A stretch of 64,000 nt of DNA from Mytilus californianus (taxonomy: Eukaryota), in contig NW_026262673.1 of NCBI RefSeq assembly GCF_021869535.1, positions 3,038,001 to 3,102,000 of the forward strand, given 5' to 3'. Under the pieces are notes generated by a model. The model had not been told where the DNA came from. It did not search any database and saw only the letters and a program-made list of their open reading frames with translations. Of the stretch, positions 38,576-50,756 are shown in pieces. Numbering within the stretch: position 1 is the stretch's first letter; each line of letters opens with the position of its first letter. A program made the position numbers and the translations under genes.

Positions 38576-40238
38576 TCCAAATACATATAAAATATGGAAA
38601 AACGAGACACGATGATAGACAAATAACAGTTCACAAAATATCCAACAGCAAACTAAAGATAAAAACGAGGCCTGACAAAAACCATGATGGATCTCAGATA
38701 CTGTCATCGTGTTATTCCTGACAAGTAAACTTTTGGTGAATAATGTCACGACCGAGGTAAAGGGGATAGGATTGTATATACTATAAGCGTATAAGTGTAA
38801 GGTGTGTAAGGTGTTCGTAGTCACCTTCCGCAAAGATACCACATAAGTTAACGGTCAATACTATTAGACTTAAGGTTACAATGACGATGAAATTAAATGA
38901 GAAAATTTCTTGTGTTATAAGACATGACATGAAAAAATATGACACTATTTAGACTAGAAACAGAATGGCATAATTTAAAGCTTAACAATAACGAAAAAAA
39001 AATATGACGACAATTAGAGGCTTCTGCCACATAAATGTACAATACAGTATGGGTTTTTCTCATTGTTGAAGGCCATATATACACGTTTGCCTATAATTGC
39101 TTACATCCAATTATTTTGAACTTTGGTGTATAGTTGTCTCATTGGCAATCATAACACATCTCCGTATTTTTATAACATGAACTTGAACTTGATTCTGAAT
39201 CTCAGAAAGCCTTAGTTTGTAGTTCCAGAGAAAAAAGTGACAAAAATTTCATACATGGCCGCTATATGTAAGAATATTTGATGTAAGGGCGATAACTCCA
39301 ATATCATGTATGTAGATAATAAGTACATAATATGTACATGAAACGGGTTATGTTCTCGTATAGATACTAAACCCCTAACGGGAGGGATTGTGGTTGATTT
39401 TCATATGATGAAGACATTATCTTTCAATATTTTTCAATCAATTTAATTTAAGTCATGAGCTGGCATGTTAGTAACTGCATGTTAATTCATGCCAAGTCGG
39501 GATGGAGTCCGCAAAAGTTTCGAAAGGATGATTTGAACTTCATCACATAGAAGACTTGGTTCGATTACTTCCTTGTAAGCAGCAACTATCTATCAACTAG
39601 AAGGTAATCTTGACATTAAAACTTAAGTCTGAATTTTGTTTTTCAACATTTTTTTTATTTCCAGTAACAAAGACTGCCGTATTTGATCGTGATGGGGTTA
39701 TCAACAAACACTGGTGGTCATACCGAGGGGGAAAATCTGTTAATCAGAATTAGTTGAAAATTAGTTCTTCCATGCAGTGATATTTAAGAAGTTTACTAAT
39801 TTTTTTGTTTAATGCCGGCTGCAATGTTTAACAACAGTTTGGGCCATCATCCACAATTCTCACAGAGGACCTTAAATGTATTATTTAAGAAATTTTACGG
39901 TAGCATTTGGTAATATTTTTTATTGGGGTTGGGATATTTTTATATTATTTTAATTTGATGCTAGTCTGTTTAAATATACAAAGCAAATGAAAAAAAAAAG
40001 GTTTAGATATATGTGCAAATATAACGTTATAAAAATTAAGGTTAATATTTGCCTATGAATGTATATCTAGATAATCCGCATTAAACTAATTACAAAAACC
40101 CATTCTCGAGTCTTCAAAATTTCTTTGGATTAAAATTTAAACGTTTCAAAAATAGATTTGTATATGAAAGAGGACAAAAATACACAGTGACATAATAATT
40201 CATTGTGAAGTTTTGAGAATACTAATACTGTTTTATAT

Positions 40239-41109
40239 ATGATGGAATTGTCGTGCATTTTAATAGTTCTATGTCTACCAACAATTTTCTCAGATCCAAC
40301 AGGATGCACTTACAACACAGACACAGTACTTTACACTTGTAATGCCAGACTTTGGGCTCTTCCGTTAGGTTTTTCCTCCTTCACAAATCAACCACAGCGA
40401 CTTTTGCTGAAAGATGTTGATGGAGAACTTCCGGCGTCTGCCCCTAACGGTCCAACATTTACAGGATTTAGTGCTATTGACACTTCATTATTTGACAACA
40501 GATTTCCAGCGTCATTCCACATCATGTGCTATGCAAACACAAATCTGATAATATTTAAGGATACATTCCAAGATTTAGGATTTATTGACGAGGTCATTAT
40601 TCAGGACTGTAATATTTTATCACTTCCGGTGCAAGTATTTTCGTATTTTAGTGAGGTGAACTCGTTTATCATCCAAGGAGGGTCAATAGACAATATGGTA
40701 GCAGATAGTTTTAATGGACTTGACGTAAAACCAATGCCAGCTTCTCTGACGCCAAAAGGAGAATTCGTATTACAAAATACCCAGATTATTTCTCAAAATT
40801 TTCCATTTGGAGTTTTCTATAATATATACAATGTAACAACTTTGGTACTCGACAACATCAACATAACGTCAGTTACCAAAGATACGTTTTATTCTAATCC
40901 ATACTTGACAAATTTAACAATCAGTAACAACAATTTGGCGAGTCTTCCAAGTCTACTGTTTGCATCATCGCATTCTTTGGAGTTCCTGTCTTTGTGGGGT
41001 ATGCCCTGGATATGTACCTGTAGCGATCTCTGGATTGTCCCTTACGTCATCAACAACAATATAATCCTGGACGGAGATATAATATGTTCATCGCCCGTAG
41101 TTCAAGCTA
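40239..41109 (+). CDS. LRR-TM paralog 5, exon 1 of 3
   Basis: MMELSCILIVLCLPTIFS-DPTGCTYN...YTCNARLWALPL...APNGPTFTGF...LTNLTISNNNLASLP...WICTC...DIICSSP; donor A/GTAAGT at 41110. join(40239-41109,42460-42525,43583-44202) = 518 aa. Confidence 0.93.
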
Positions 41110-41704
41110 GTAAGTAAAATTATCAGCCAAGTATAAAAACATACTAACATATGAGTGTTGAATAGACAAAGTCGAGATACGTTGACTAAACCCACCGTAG
41201 ACGACAGCTGATTATATATAACACTTTAATTATAAGCCCTACCAGTTAGGAATCCGTCTGTCGGTCTGTCATACTTAAATTTCCCGCAGTTTTTTTTTTT
41301 GTTATCAATAAAACGTTACAATTATAGACAAAGCACGGGTTTTATTTTGGTCGAGTGGTTTCTGCAGAAGTTGCGGCCGTTTCTCACAGGAAACTACTTT
41401 TTGAAATGTTTATGTAATGGCTAGATAAACTATTTACATCCACTTCATTTAGACTTTGGTGTATAGTTGTCTCATTGCCAATCATACCACATTTCCTTAT
41501 GTTTATATAGATATTAATTAGATGGTCATATGGTAAAAATTTACAGATTGAGTCTGAATTTCGTTTAATTTGAGTTGTTGCCCTAATATATAGATGATTG
41601 CTTGAAGTATTTCTGATTTTTTCTATAATTTATGTAATTCCTGAATGTAAGTTTGCAAAACCAAATACATTTTAAAAGTATAGTATAACTATACCGAAAT
41701 GTTT

Positions 41705-41821
41705 GCGGATCTAGAGGGATTCCGGGGGTTGAAACCCCTCCTCAGTTTTTGACGATAAATGCTTTTGAATGGGGACTTATGGTTGGAACCCCCCTTTAAA
41801 AAATGGCTGGATCCGCCCCTG
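41705..41821. mobile_element. Small MITE, 5' end eroded
   Basis: GCGGATCTAG ... CTGGATCCGCCCCTG inverted termini, same terminal style as the 21467 element. Confidence 0.55.
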
Positions 41822-41850
41822 GGTCAATATGGCTTCAATGCGGGAAAAGA

Positions 41851-42280
41851 AGCGGACACAGGGTTACTCATTAGTTCAGCGGACTCAGGGTTACTCATTA
41901 GTTCAGCGGACACAGGGTTACTCATTAGTTCAGCGGACTCAGGGTTACTCATTAGTTCAGCGGACACAGGGTTACTCATTAGTTCAGCGGACTCAGGGTT
42001 ACTCATTAGTTCAGCGGACACAGGGTTACTCATTAGTTCAGCGGACTCAGGGTTACTCATTAGTTCAACGGACTCAGGGTTACTCATTAGTTCAGCGGAC
42101 TCAGGGTTACTCATTAGTTCAGCGGACACAGGTTACTCATTAGTTCAGCGGACACAGGGTTACTCATTAGTTCAGCGGACTCAGGGTTACTCATTAGTTC
42201 AGCGGACTCAGGGTTACTCATTAGTTCAGCGGACTCAGGGTTACTCATTAGTTCAGCGGACTCAGGGTTACTCATTAGTT
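41851..42280. repeat. 27-bp minisatellite (~16 copies) in intron 1 of paralog 5
   Basis: GGGTTACTCATTAGTTCAGCGGAC(T/A)CA; accounts for ORFs 41759-42358, 41769-42143, 41824-42129 and 42114-42308. Confidence 0.93.
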
Positions 42281-42459
42281 CAAGAGAATATAATTCATAA
42301 AAATACACAAGTTACCGAAGCAATCGTGGCAATATCCCACACTTGTGGGCTTGGTTAGTAAAAGACTCTAGATTCTTATTAATGATAACACTTATATTCA
42401 AACATATAATGTGTCCCTCTTTTGAACATAAGTATTCAGATTTGTTTTGTATATTTTAG

Positions 42460-42525
42460 ATAGAAGAGTGGGGTCATATTATACAGCCTATTGTTTGAGT
42501 TATGATGTATGTCAAGGAGAAACAG
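42460..42525 (+). CDS. LRR-TM paralog 5, exon 2 (66 nt)
   Basis: ATATTTTAG/ ... /GTTTGT; (N)RRVGSYYTAYCLSYDVCQGET(G); same cysteine spacing as paralogs 3, 4 and 7. Confidence 0.87.
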
Positions 42526-43582
42526 GTTTGTTTAGTTTCGTTGATCTACTATGTTAAAGCTCCCATTCCTAATTGTGCTGCGTTAAAATATTCTCAACTC
42601 GATGAAAGTTGCAATGATTTGTTATTGAGCAGAAATGTATGAGTTTAATTAATTAACATAAAGATGCAGTAAACGTCATAAAATAAAAACCAAACGGCAT
42701 AAAACAATGATGAGACAGCAACCTAACAAAATTAAAGATCATCAAACAATGCCGATGCTAATAACGATTTAGTTCAATGATTTTGATTTTCATGCTCAAA
42801 GCATGCGTTTCTGGATATTATTTTTCGGTCAGGACGATCGCACGTAAAAATTTGGAAAGCCAAAAATATAAATATTTTGAGAGCATAAAAGGAAAGAGTT
42901 AGTAAACTAAACTAAAACATAGCGACGACTCAATAGTTAAGTTTTAAAACACATCAATTCTTAGCGAGCAACGTTCATTGGGGGAAAGAAACTGAAGACG
43001 TGGACGAATTTGAATTAAACTTTTCAAATCTCATCTATACATAAAATGAATACAATTCTATGTAAAAAATAAACCAACAAAAAACTGAGAAGATAAAATG
43101 AACTCCAAAAGTAGAAAATCTACTAGGTGTGTCGACCGAGAAAGTGTCATCAAACAAGACAAGGAAAATTGATTGAATGTTGTATGCTAAACATTTAATG
43201 ACAAATATTTCATGTATAATCAGGACAAGAAAAATTAGCAATGAATCCATTTTGGATGTTTTAAATAATGGTTTGACCGGGATGGCAGGTAAAATAAAAT
43301 CTAAATGTAGATCCTGCACAGCCAAACCGATCGCCTCATTAGTGTCGGGAATGGGAGGTACCAATACATTTATACCATACTTTACCTGTGGGGTAGAAAG
43401 GTTAGCATATCATGCTGTAATTATCCCCGTGGCATGTTGTACGATGAAACCATAACGAATAAAATCTTTAAGTTTATTTCTGCATGTCTCATCTTTAGAT
43501 TTAGTTCGATGTTAAGTTCCTGAATTATTGACGTGTGTGTACGCTCCAACTTCTTTTGTTTCTATACATTAATCCTTTTCAG

Positions 43583-44202
43583 GTTTTGCCTCGTCTGACA
43601 CGTGTGTAAAGGCAGTTGACATGGTAACGTACATACTGACTGTACCTATCATAACTTTCACTGTTATAAGTTTAGTATTTCTCATACAGTTGTTACTGTA
43701 TATAAAGAGAAATGAACAACATATACGTGAAATGATAGAAGTTCCAAACATCGATACACGAGAAGATAAGTTTGCTAAAGCATTAGCGGCGAAAATTGCA
43801 AAAAATGAAGAAACTACGGAAAACAAGAGCTATTCCCATAACTGGTTAGGTGCAAAACGGAAGCTTATGATAGCAAGAGCCTTATCGAAACAGATTACGG
43901 CTAACCAATCAAATAATCCTTTACCAGAGGATACAAAGCAATGGACCAACCAATCAAACAATCCGTTACCCGAGGATACAAAACAATGGAATGAAACATC
44001 TCAAGAAATATATAGTGACAATGAATCAGATCTAGAAGATTATGATGAAGATTATGAACTACAGGATCTATCAGCTTTACGAGGAGAAAGACTTACACAA
44101 GCTCTGGAAGAAAAGATATTAAGAGATTTAGAGAATATTCCTGTTGTTTCGGGTATATGGGTTGCTGCTCCAAGGGGAAGTAAACCTGGACTAGAGTTTT
44201 AA
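43583..44202 (+). CDS. LRR-TM paralog 5, exon 3 (TM and long tail)
   Basis: CCTTTTCAG/ acceptor; GFASSDTCVKAVDMVTYILTVPIITFTVISLVFLIQLLLY-IKRNE...(NQSNNPLPEDTKQW)x2...DLEDYDEDYEL...KPGLEF*; AATAAA at 44312. Confidence 0.88.
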
Positions 44203-45292
44203 GGTCGTACACAGCAACAAAATCAATCAACATTAGGAATGTTTCAAATCTGAATAAGATATTACCGTCATTGATTTATTGATACTTATATGCCAATCTT
44301 CATTGATTGCTAATAAATCTATAAATAAACTACTTCAGAAAATTAAATTATTATCGTTAACCAATGGAAATGATAAAAAAGGTAAAGTTGATTTTTAGAA
44401 CTTTTGTTTACTTAAAAGAGAAGCACACGATACCAAAAGTGATATTTAAACTCATAAGTCGAAAACAAACTGAAAACGCCATGGAAAAAAAACCAAACAA
44501 GACGGTACAAACATCAGTCACTGTACACAAAACACCATAGAAAACTAAATATTGAGCAATACAAACCCAACAAAAAAATAGGGGTGGGTCATTCCAGGTG
44601 CCATTAATGGGTAAGCAAATCCTGTTTCACATGTGTCACATATACTACTATATTGTAATAAATTATATTAACTATAAACTACAAAAAAACTTTGTTGTTG
44701 GCGTTAGATTCAATTGAATGTTTGTCGACCGATAAATCGATCAATTTGGCTATCATGCCTACAAGGTTTTGCGATTTTGACCTTTTCAGGATTGTAAAAT
44801 ATTATAAACTAAAATTTAATATAAGACCTAGTCGATGCTGATAGATATAAAACAAAAATCTAAACATGCAAAAACCATCTGACTTTTCCAAATGCAACTT
44901 TTAAAGATTCAGTAAATAAATAGAAATGGTATTTTAATTAGAACGTAAAACTTTTCATACTTCTGATTTTTATACGCCCCATATATACGTGTTTAAGAAA
45001 AACCTCTTTCTGGTATGCAAAAAATGAAACTAAGAAAATCATTCAGAACTGAAGACAAGATATAAGTTTGTTTGAAATTGTGTATGGTTTTTGTTGCAAA
45101 CTGTATTTATGCTTTATGACATGAAATAAAGGTTATTAGTGCCAATAGAGCTATGATTATATTGGCCTTGGTGTTATGCAATTTATTTGATTCAGCTCAT
45201 TGTGGAATATCTGGTCATCCAATTCACTTGAAGTATAGAAAATAAAAGCTTCAATATATTATAAGTCTTATAATAAATGCCTTATTTGAATA

Positions 45293-45915
45293 CTGTTACA
45301 ATCCGACGAGAAGAACAACACATTGTATGAGTAAACTCAACATATATGTCTGTTACAATCCGACGAGAAAAACAACACATTGTATGAGTAAACCCAACAT
45401 ATATGTCTGTTACAATCCGACGAGAAGAACAACACATTGTATGAGTAAACTCAACATATATGTCTGTTACAATCCGACGAGAAGAACAACACATTTTATG
45501 AGTAAACTCAACATATATGTCTGTTACAATCCAACGAGAAGAACAACACATTGTATGAGTAAACTCAACATATATGTCTGTTACAATCCAACGAGAAGAA
45601 CAACACGTTGTATGAGTAAACTCAACATATATGTCTGTTACAATCCGACGAGAAGAACAACACATTGTATGAGTAAACTCAACATATATGTCTGTTACAA
45701 TCCGACGAGAAGAACAACACATTGTATGAGTAAACTCAACATATATGTCTGTCAGTAAACTCAACATATATGTCTGTCAGTAAACTCAACATACATGTCT
45801 GTCACAATCCGACGGGAAGAACAACACATTGTATGAGTAAACTCAACATATATGTCTGTCAGTAAACTCAACATATATGTCTGTCAGTAAACTCAACATA
45901 TATGTCTGTCAGTAA
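45293..45915. repeat. 57-bp minisatellite (~8 copies plus shorter sub-repeats)
   Basis: CTGTTACAATCCGACGAGAAGAACAACACATTGTATGAGTAAACTCAACATATATGT; accounts for ORFs 45282-45767 and 45327-45758. Confidence 0.92.
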
Positions 45916-46041
45916 CGAAGTCGTGTACTCTTTGATACCTATGGTACAATTTGACATGTTTTATTCTTGTATCCCTTTGTTCAATGCTTCATGTGTATGT
46001 TACGTATGAAATTATTAAACGTGTTGTTTTCAATTTTTTAC

Positions 46042-46363
46042 ATCACTGGGTCGATACCTCTGCTGGTGGATTATCAGTCCCCGAGGGTATCATCAGCTCA
46101 GTAGTCAGTACTTCGGTACTGACATGATTTATAACAAACCTTTCTAAAATTGTCTGTTTATAAATTTTGAAATTATAAAGAAACTAAGGTTTCAACTCCC
46201 TCAGGCAAAGTTGACCTTAGATGAATTTGGCTATTTGTTTTAAGTATTTTTGTCATATAGCTCTTCAACTGTTTCGGTACTTATACATCCCTCGGATTTC
46301 AAATGTTTGGCCTTGAGCGTTCCTGATGAAGGTATATCCAGAAAAGCGCTTCGGACGCATGAC
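46042..46363 (+). mobile_element. Retrozyme-like insertion ending in a hammerhead motif, flanked by a perfect 31-bp direct repeat
   Basis: ATTATTAAACGTGTTGTTTTCAATTTTTTAC at 46011-46041 and 46364-46394; hammerhead-like motif at 46317-46358 just before the right-hand repeat. Confidence 0.7.
46317..46358 (+). ncRNA. Variant minimal type I hammerhead ribozyme
   Basis: Stem I GCGTTC/GGACGC; CTGATGA 46323-46329; stem II region A-GG-TATAT-CC-A; GAAA 46341-46344; palindromic helix III AAGCGCTT; TTC cleavage triplet ending at 46352. The 10.1/11.1 position is A.A rather than the usual G-C. Confidence 0.62.
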
Positions 46364-47453
46364 ATTATTAAACGTGTTGTTTTCAATTTTTTACGTTGGC
46401 TTTTTTTTGGAGATTTATTTTTGTCCTTGCCCTTTACATGAAGTTACAAATACATGTTTTTGTCGTGATGTTTATATTTTAATGAACGTAATAAGGCTAA
46501 AACAAATATAAATTATTAATTACTGGAATGACATCATGATCACTTTTTTAATAAAAAGTATGAAACAAAACCATCTTGCATCTTGCGTATCTTTTGTAAA
46601 GCAACCGGTATGATTTCATTTTAGTAGCTGAGTATTTTGGTCTTGCTATCAGAAACTGGCAGAAAAAGATTTCTGTGTAATATTTTGTATACTTGCTTTT
46701 CTTTCGTCGTTTTTTTTTTTGCCATGACATTGCCTGTTATACGTATGATGTATGATTGTCCTTATGGTGTCTTCCACTAACCCCAGCTACATGCAGAACA
46801 CACTCTTAACACCGCCACAGGAAGGTTAGACTCACACCATTAGTGTAGTTCTCTCTTTATTGGGTAAGAAATTCATCGAGCAATTATAAAAACAAAACAC
46901 TGAGAAAATTAAGACCATTATGTAGTTTCTCCGGTTTTAAGCTTTAAACTAATTATTCAAAAAATGTTAAATAACTTACATTCACAGTTTTTTTTTTTAA
47001 AGCAGGATTGTCTTAAATGAGTATTGAGTTGACGCGCAACTTGTAAACCCTTATGATTGTTGAAAAAGTAGATTTGCTAACGATATATTATAAATAGCTC
47101 GTTCTAATTCTGAGATTTTATTGGGGTTTTGCTTGACGTCCAGTGGCAAATATTTCATTTATATGCCCTAATTTTAATTAGTTCGACCTGCATAATTTAA
47201 AATGGTTTATATTTGCTTATAATTTTAATTATCAAATCGGTAATAACGATAATCCAAAACTATATGTTGGATTATAATAAGGCCAATTTAATCTGATATA
47301 TGCATGCATAAGATTATGGTGCTACCCTACATTCGACTTATAGGTCAGAAACAGGTTACAAAAGAATTCTAAAGAGAAACTTAAAGTACATCCTACATTT
47401 CATTATGTACATAAGACTACTAGAATCTTTTTGTTTATGGTATAAGAAATGAA

Positions 47454-48321
47454 ATGAATGTTGGATGCATTTTGATACTGTTATATCTACCTGGTGTTTT
47501 ATCAAATCCCGTCGGCTGTTCCTATGATGCAAGTAATGTACTTTACACGTGTAATGCTAGATACTGGTCTCTGCCTCTTGTGTACAGTGCCTTCACCGTA
47601 CAACCACAACGAATTGTATTGGAAGACGTTGCAGGGGAACTACCAGCCACTGCACCAAATGGACCAACTTTTAGTGGGTTTAGTTCAACAAGTGCTGCAC
47701 TATTTGACGGAAGATTCTCTCCGTCTTTGCAGATAATGTGTTTTGTAAATAGCGATTTGATCATTTTCATGGACACGTTTGACGACTTTGATTGGATAGA
47801 CGAGGTGATCATTACAGACTGTAACATATTGTCTCTGCCTGTCCAAGTGTTTGCTCATTTTGGTGTTGTTAACTCTTTTACAATTGAAGGAGGCTCTATA
47901 ACTAACATGGTGGCAAACAGCTTTCAAGGATTAAATGTTAAGAAAATCACAAGTGCGCCTACGCTGAAGGGATCATTTACAATACGAAACAGCCAAATTA
48001 CTTCTGGACAGCTAGCACCTGGTGCTCTGTTTAACATTAACAATGCCACAACCATTATCCTCGAAAATAACCACATTACAACAATTGGTAAGGATACATT
48101 TCAGGGCGTGCCACAATTATATAACCTTACGCTTAGTTATAACGACATTACAAGCATTCCTGAATCTATATTCGAAAACCTCCATGCTTTGGAACACGTG
48201 ACCATTTGGGGAGTACAATGGGATTGCAAGTGTAGTAATCTCTGGTTTCTGACTTACGCCTCTAACAACAATATAACTTTTAACGGAGATATTGTATGTT
48301 CTACACCAGCAGGATATACTA
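47454..48321 (+). CDS. LRR-TM paralog 6, exon 1 of 3
   Basis: MNVGCILILLYLPGVLS-NPVGCSYD...YTCNARYWSLPL...APNGPTFSGF...LYNLTLSYNDITSIP...WDCKC...DIVCSTP; donor A/GTAAGT at 48322. join(47454-48321,49145-49204,50278-50756) = 468 aa. Confidence 0.93.
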
Positions 48322-48468
48322 GTAAGTTCGTAGTTAACAGTTTGTCAGCTAATCTGCAAAAGATTACTTAACAAACATTCAGTTGCATTCGTATTGCTTC
48401 AAACTTACAATATGTGCATTCTATACAATCATATTTTTTGTGTATTCAGGGATTCTTTACGAACATTT

Positions 48469-48773
48469 AAGGAATGACTGTAATATTTTTTCTGTCTATG
48501 AAGAAATAACATCAAAAATGTCGTGCACACTGAATAATCCGCGTAGCGGGTTATTTTAAAGTGTGCACCACATTTTTTATGTTATTTCGAATAGACAGAA
48601 AAAATATTACAGTCATTTCTTATAATTTAATTCTAAATTCCATTTTAAACCGGAGTAAACCATGAAAAAACGTTGATGACGTCACGGTCACATGACAAAA
48701 TTATGTCTATGAGCTGATAAACAAAACAACGTCAGCCAATCAGAAGACGCGTTATATCCAAAATTAAATTATA
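48469..48773 (+). mobile_element. Palindromic MITE-like element (inverted copy 52253-52557; internally deleted copy ~5063-5190)
   Basis: ~150-bp hairpin 48469-48621 (AAGGAATGACTGTAATATTTTTTCTGTCTAT...CCGC-GTA-GCGG...ATAGACAGAAAAAATATTACAGTCATTTCTT) plus a tail carrying TGACGTCACGGTCACATG and CAGCCAATCAGAAGAC. Confidence 0.8.
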
Positions 48774-49144
48774 GTTGTGGGGTTTATGTCAATGAGACAA
48801 CAACCCAACGTCAGCTCAGAGAAGCGTTCCCCTAAAACAGTATTTTACATCTTTTACATCTTCTATGATTGGGCATTAAATGAAAATTATAATAATTATT
48901 ACAAATTAAAATGTACGTACTTTGTTTTTTTTTTAATTACCAATTTTGTAAGCTATAAAAGGTCATGACATAACAAAATGTATAACAAATTCAAACGAGA
49001 AAACAAAAGGCCTGATTTATGGAAAAACAAATATGGTAAACAGCCTCCAACGACCTCCATTGGATTACAGGCTACTGACTTGTGACAGGCACTTATATCA
49101 TTTGACTGTATTAACGTTTGTTATATGTTGTTAAATAATTCCAG

Positions 49145-49204
49145 ATACAAGAGCCTCGTCATTTTATCAGAATAACTGTGTATTTCCATGTGATGGGAAA
49201 ATAG
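49145..49204 (+). CDS. LRR-TM paralog 6, exon 2 (60 nt)
   Basis: AATTCCAG/ ... /GTAAGA; (N)TRASSFYQNNCVFPCDGKI(G); C-x3-C instead of C-x5-C. Confidence 0.87.
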   Translation: MQEPRHFIRITVYFHVMGK

Positions 49205-50277
49205 GTAAGAACATTAATTATAAAAAAAACTAGAAGGAGTAATATAACGAAGTGAAGTTTCTTTAAACCTTTTTGAAGCTACGTACGATTTGAACATGTT
49301 AATCAATAAATATCAGCTGTTGATCTTTTGGATATTATGTAGGCTTCTTTCACGTGTACCTATGCTTTCGAGCGCATTACATTTGCGCGCAGCTTTTTAT
49401 TGCACTTGCACGCATTCGTGTTACAGGTAATACATATAGATATAAAGATAATTCATTATAAATATGCCGACTGTCATTATTTTGAACATATTTATAATTT
49501 CAAACTATATACTTGTATATTGGTTTAAAACAAATATATTAAGTGATTAGGAAAAACCCCGTTACCGCTTAAGGAATATACAATTATATGTAACTTAATT
49601 CCGAATATTGGATAGCGAATAGTATTTTGTTTCCTAATTTTACTGAATAATTCAACAGCCGCACAGGGGGGCAAATACTAACGGAAGGGGCACTTGTAAA
49701 TAGATAAATAAATAGATTTGAATAATTTATTTGTGTTTAAGTAAATTTACCTGTGTTAACCTCTAAAATGGATGCGCGCAAACGTAATCAAAAGCTGCGC
49801 AAACGTGATGATTTTTACGTGCAAATGTATTTGCATGTTATCTATAATACCGGTATATTAGATATCTTATTAACTTTATAAGATGTTCATTAAGTATGTA
49901 TGAACAATCTAACAATAACAAGAACAGTAACGCATTAAAAAAATACATATGTACATTAGAATATACATAAGAATAAAAACATGTACTAAATTACGCCTCC
50001 CCTACCAACCGGCACACAGTCACAGAAAAAAACTTATTCAAAGTATCGAGAAAAGTATCAAAAGAAGGAAAACAAAAAGTAAAAATTAACTTGACATAGA
50101 ATAAAGGAAAATAAATCAAACCGGCAACGCTCTTCAATGAAGAATGACTAACACGATATGATGTTTTAAAACAAATAGAATAATTCTTCATCAATTGAAC
50201 AATAGTCGATAAACAAATGTAAATGTGTATTTTCAAATTTGTCATTTCATATGTCTTTTTAATAAAACTAATTCCAG

Positions 50278-50756
50278 GTTTCCACATCGGGGAAATATGT
50301 ATTACAGCTCTCGATGTAGTTAACTTCGCAACTGCGTTCTTAATTTTGATCCTGACAATATTTGGTTTCGGAATTATCATATATCTTCACTGTAAAGAGA
50401 AAAATGAAGAGGAAAGAATCGAAAAAGTCAGAGGCATCCGAAATGTTATGGCTGACAAACTTGCAGGTATCCTTCGAAATAAGATAAATAAAATCGAAGA
50501 GTTTGTTCAGGATAATATAGATGTCTATCGCGAAAAAACCAAGGCAAGTGAGGAAACTAAAGAAAACCAACACAAAACGGACACTCCAAAAACGCCAAGA
50601 AATTTAAATGAAATAGACGAAAATGAATACTCGAGAGACGACAATGATCTAGACGAAAGTGAATACTCGAAAGACGACGATGATCTAGACGAAAGTGAAT
50701 ACCAAAGCAGCGAAACAGATTTAGAAACCCGTGAAGAAAGTGATAGTTGTCACTGA
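50278..50756 (+). CDS. LRR-TM paralog 6, exon 3 (TM and acidic tail)
   Basis: AATTCCAG/ acceptor; GFHIGEICITALDVVNFATAFLILILTIFGFGIIIYLH-CKEK...(DE.EY...D..DL)x3...SDSCH*; AATAAA at 50797. Confidence 0.88.

Noticed and set aside
35760-38842. More than 15 overlapping minus-strand ORFs (up to 309 aa, MFYMYSFGHVL repeats)
   Set aside because: Translation of the 25-bp satellite; low complexity, overlapping frames, no domain or splice structure.
43035-43455. Overlapping 109-aa (-) and 92-aa (+) ORFs in intron 2 of paralog 5, with an acceptor-like CTTTCTACCCCACAG on the minus strand
   Set aside because: No recognisable motif, no partner exons or clear donor; cannot be distinguished from a decayed repeat.
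45282-45767. 161-aa and 143-aa Cys/His-containing repeat ORFs suggestive of a metal-binding protein
   Set aside because: Both strands of a 57-bp minisatellite; no splice signals or unique flanking coding sequence.
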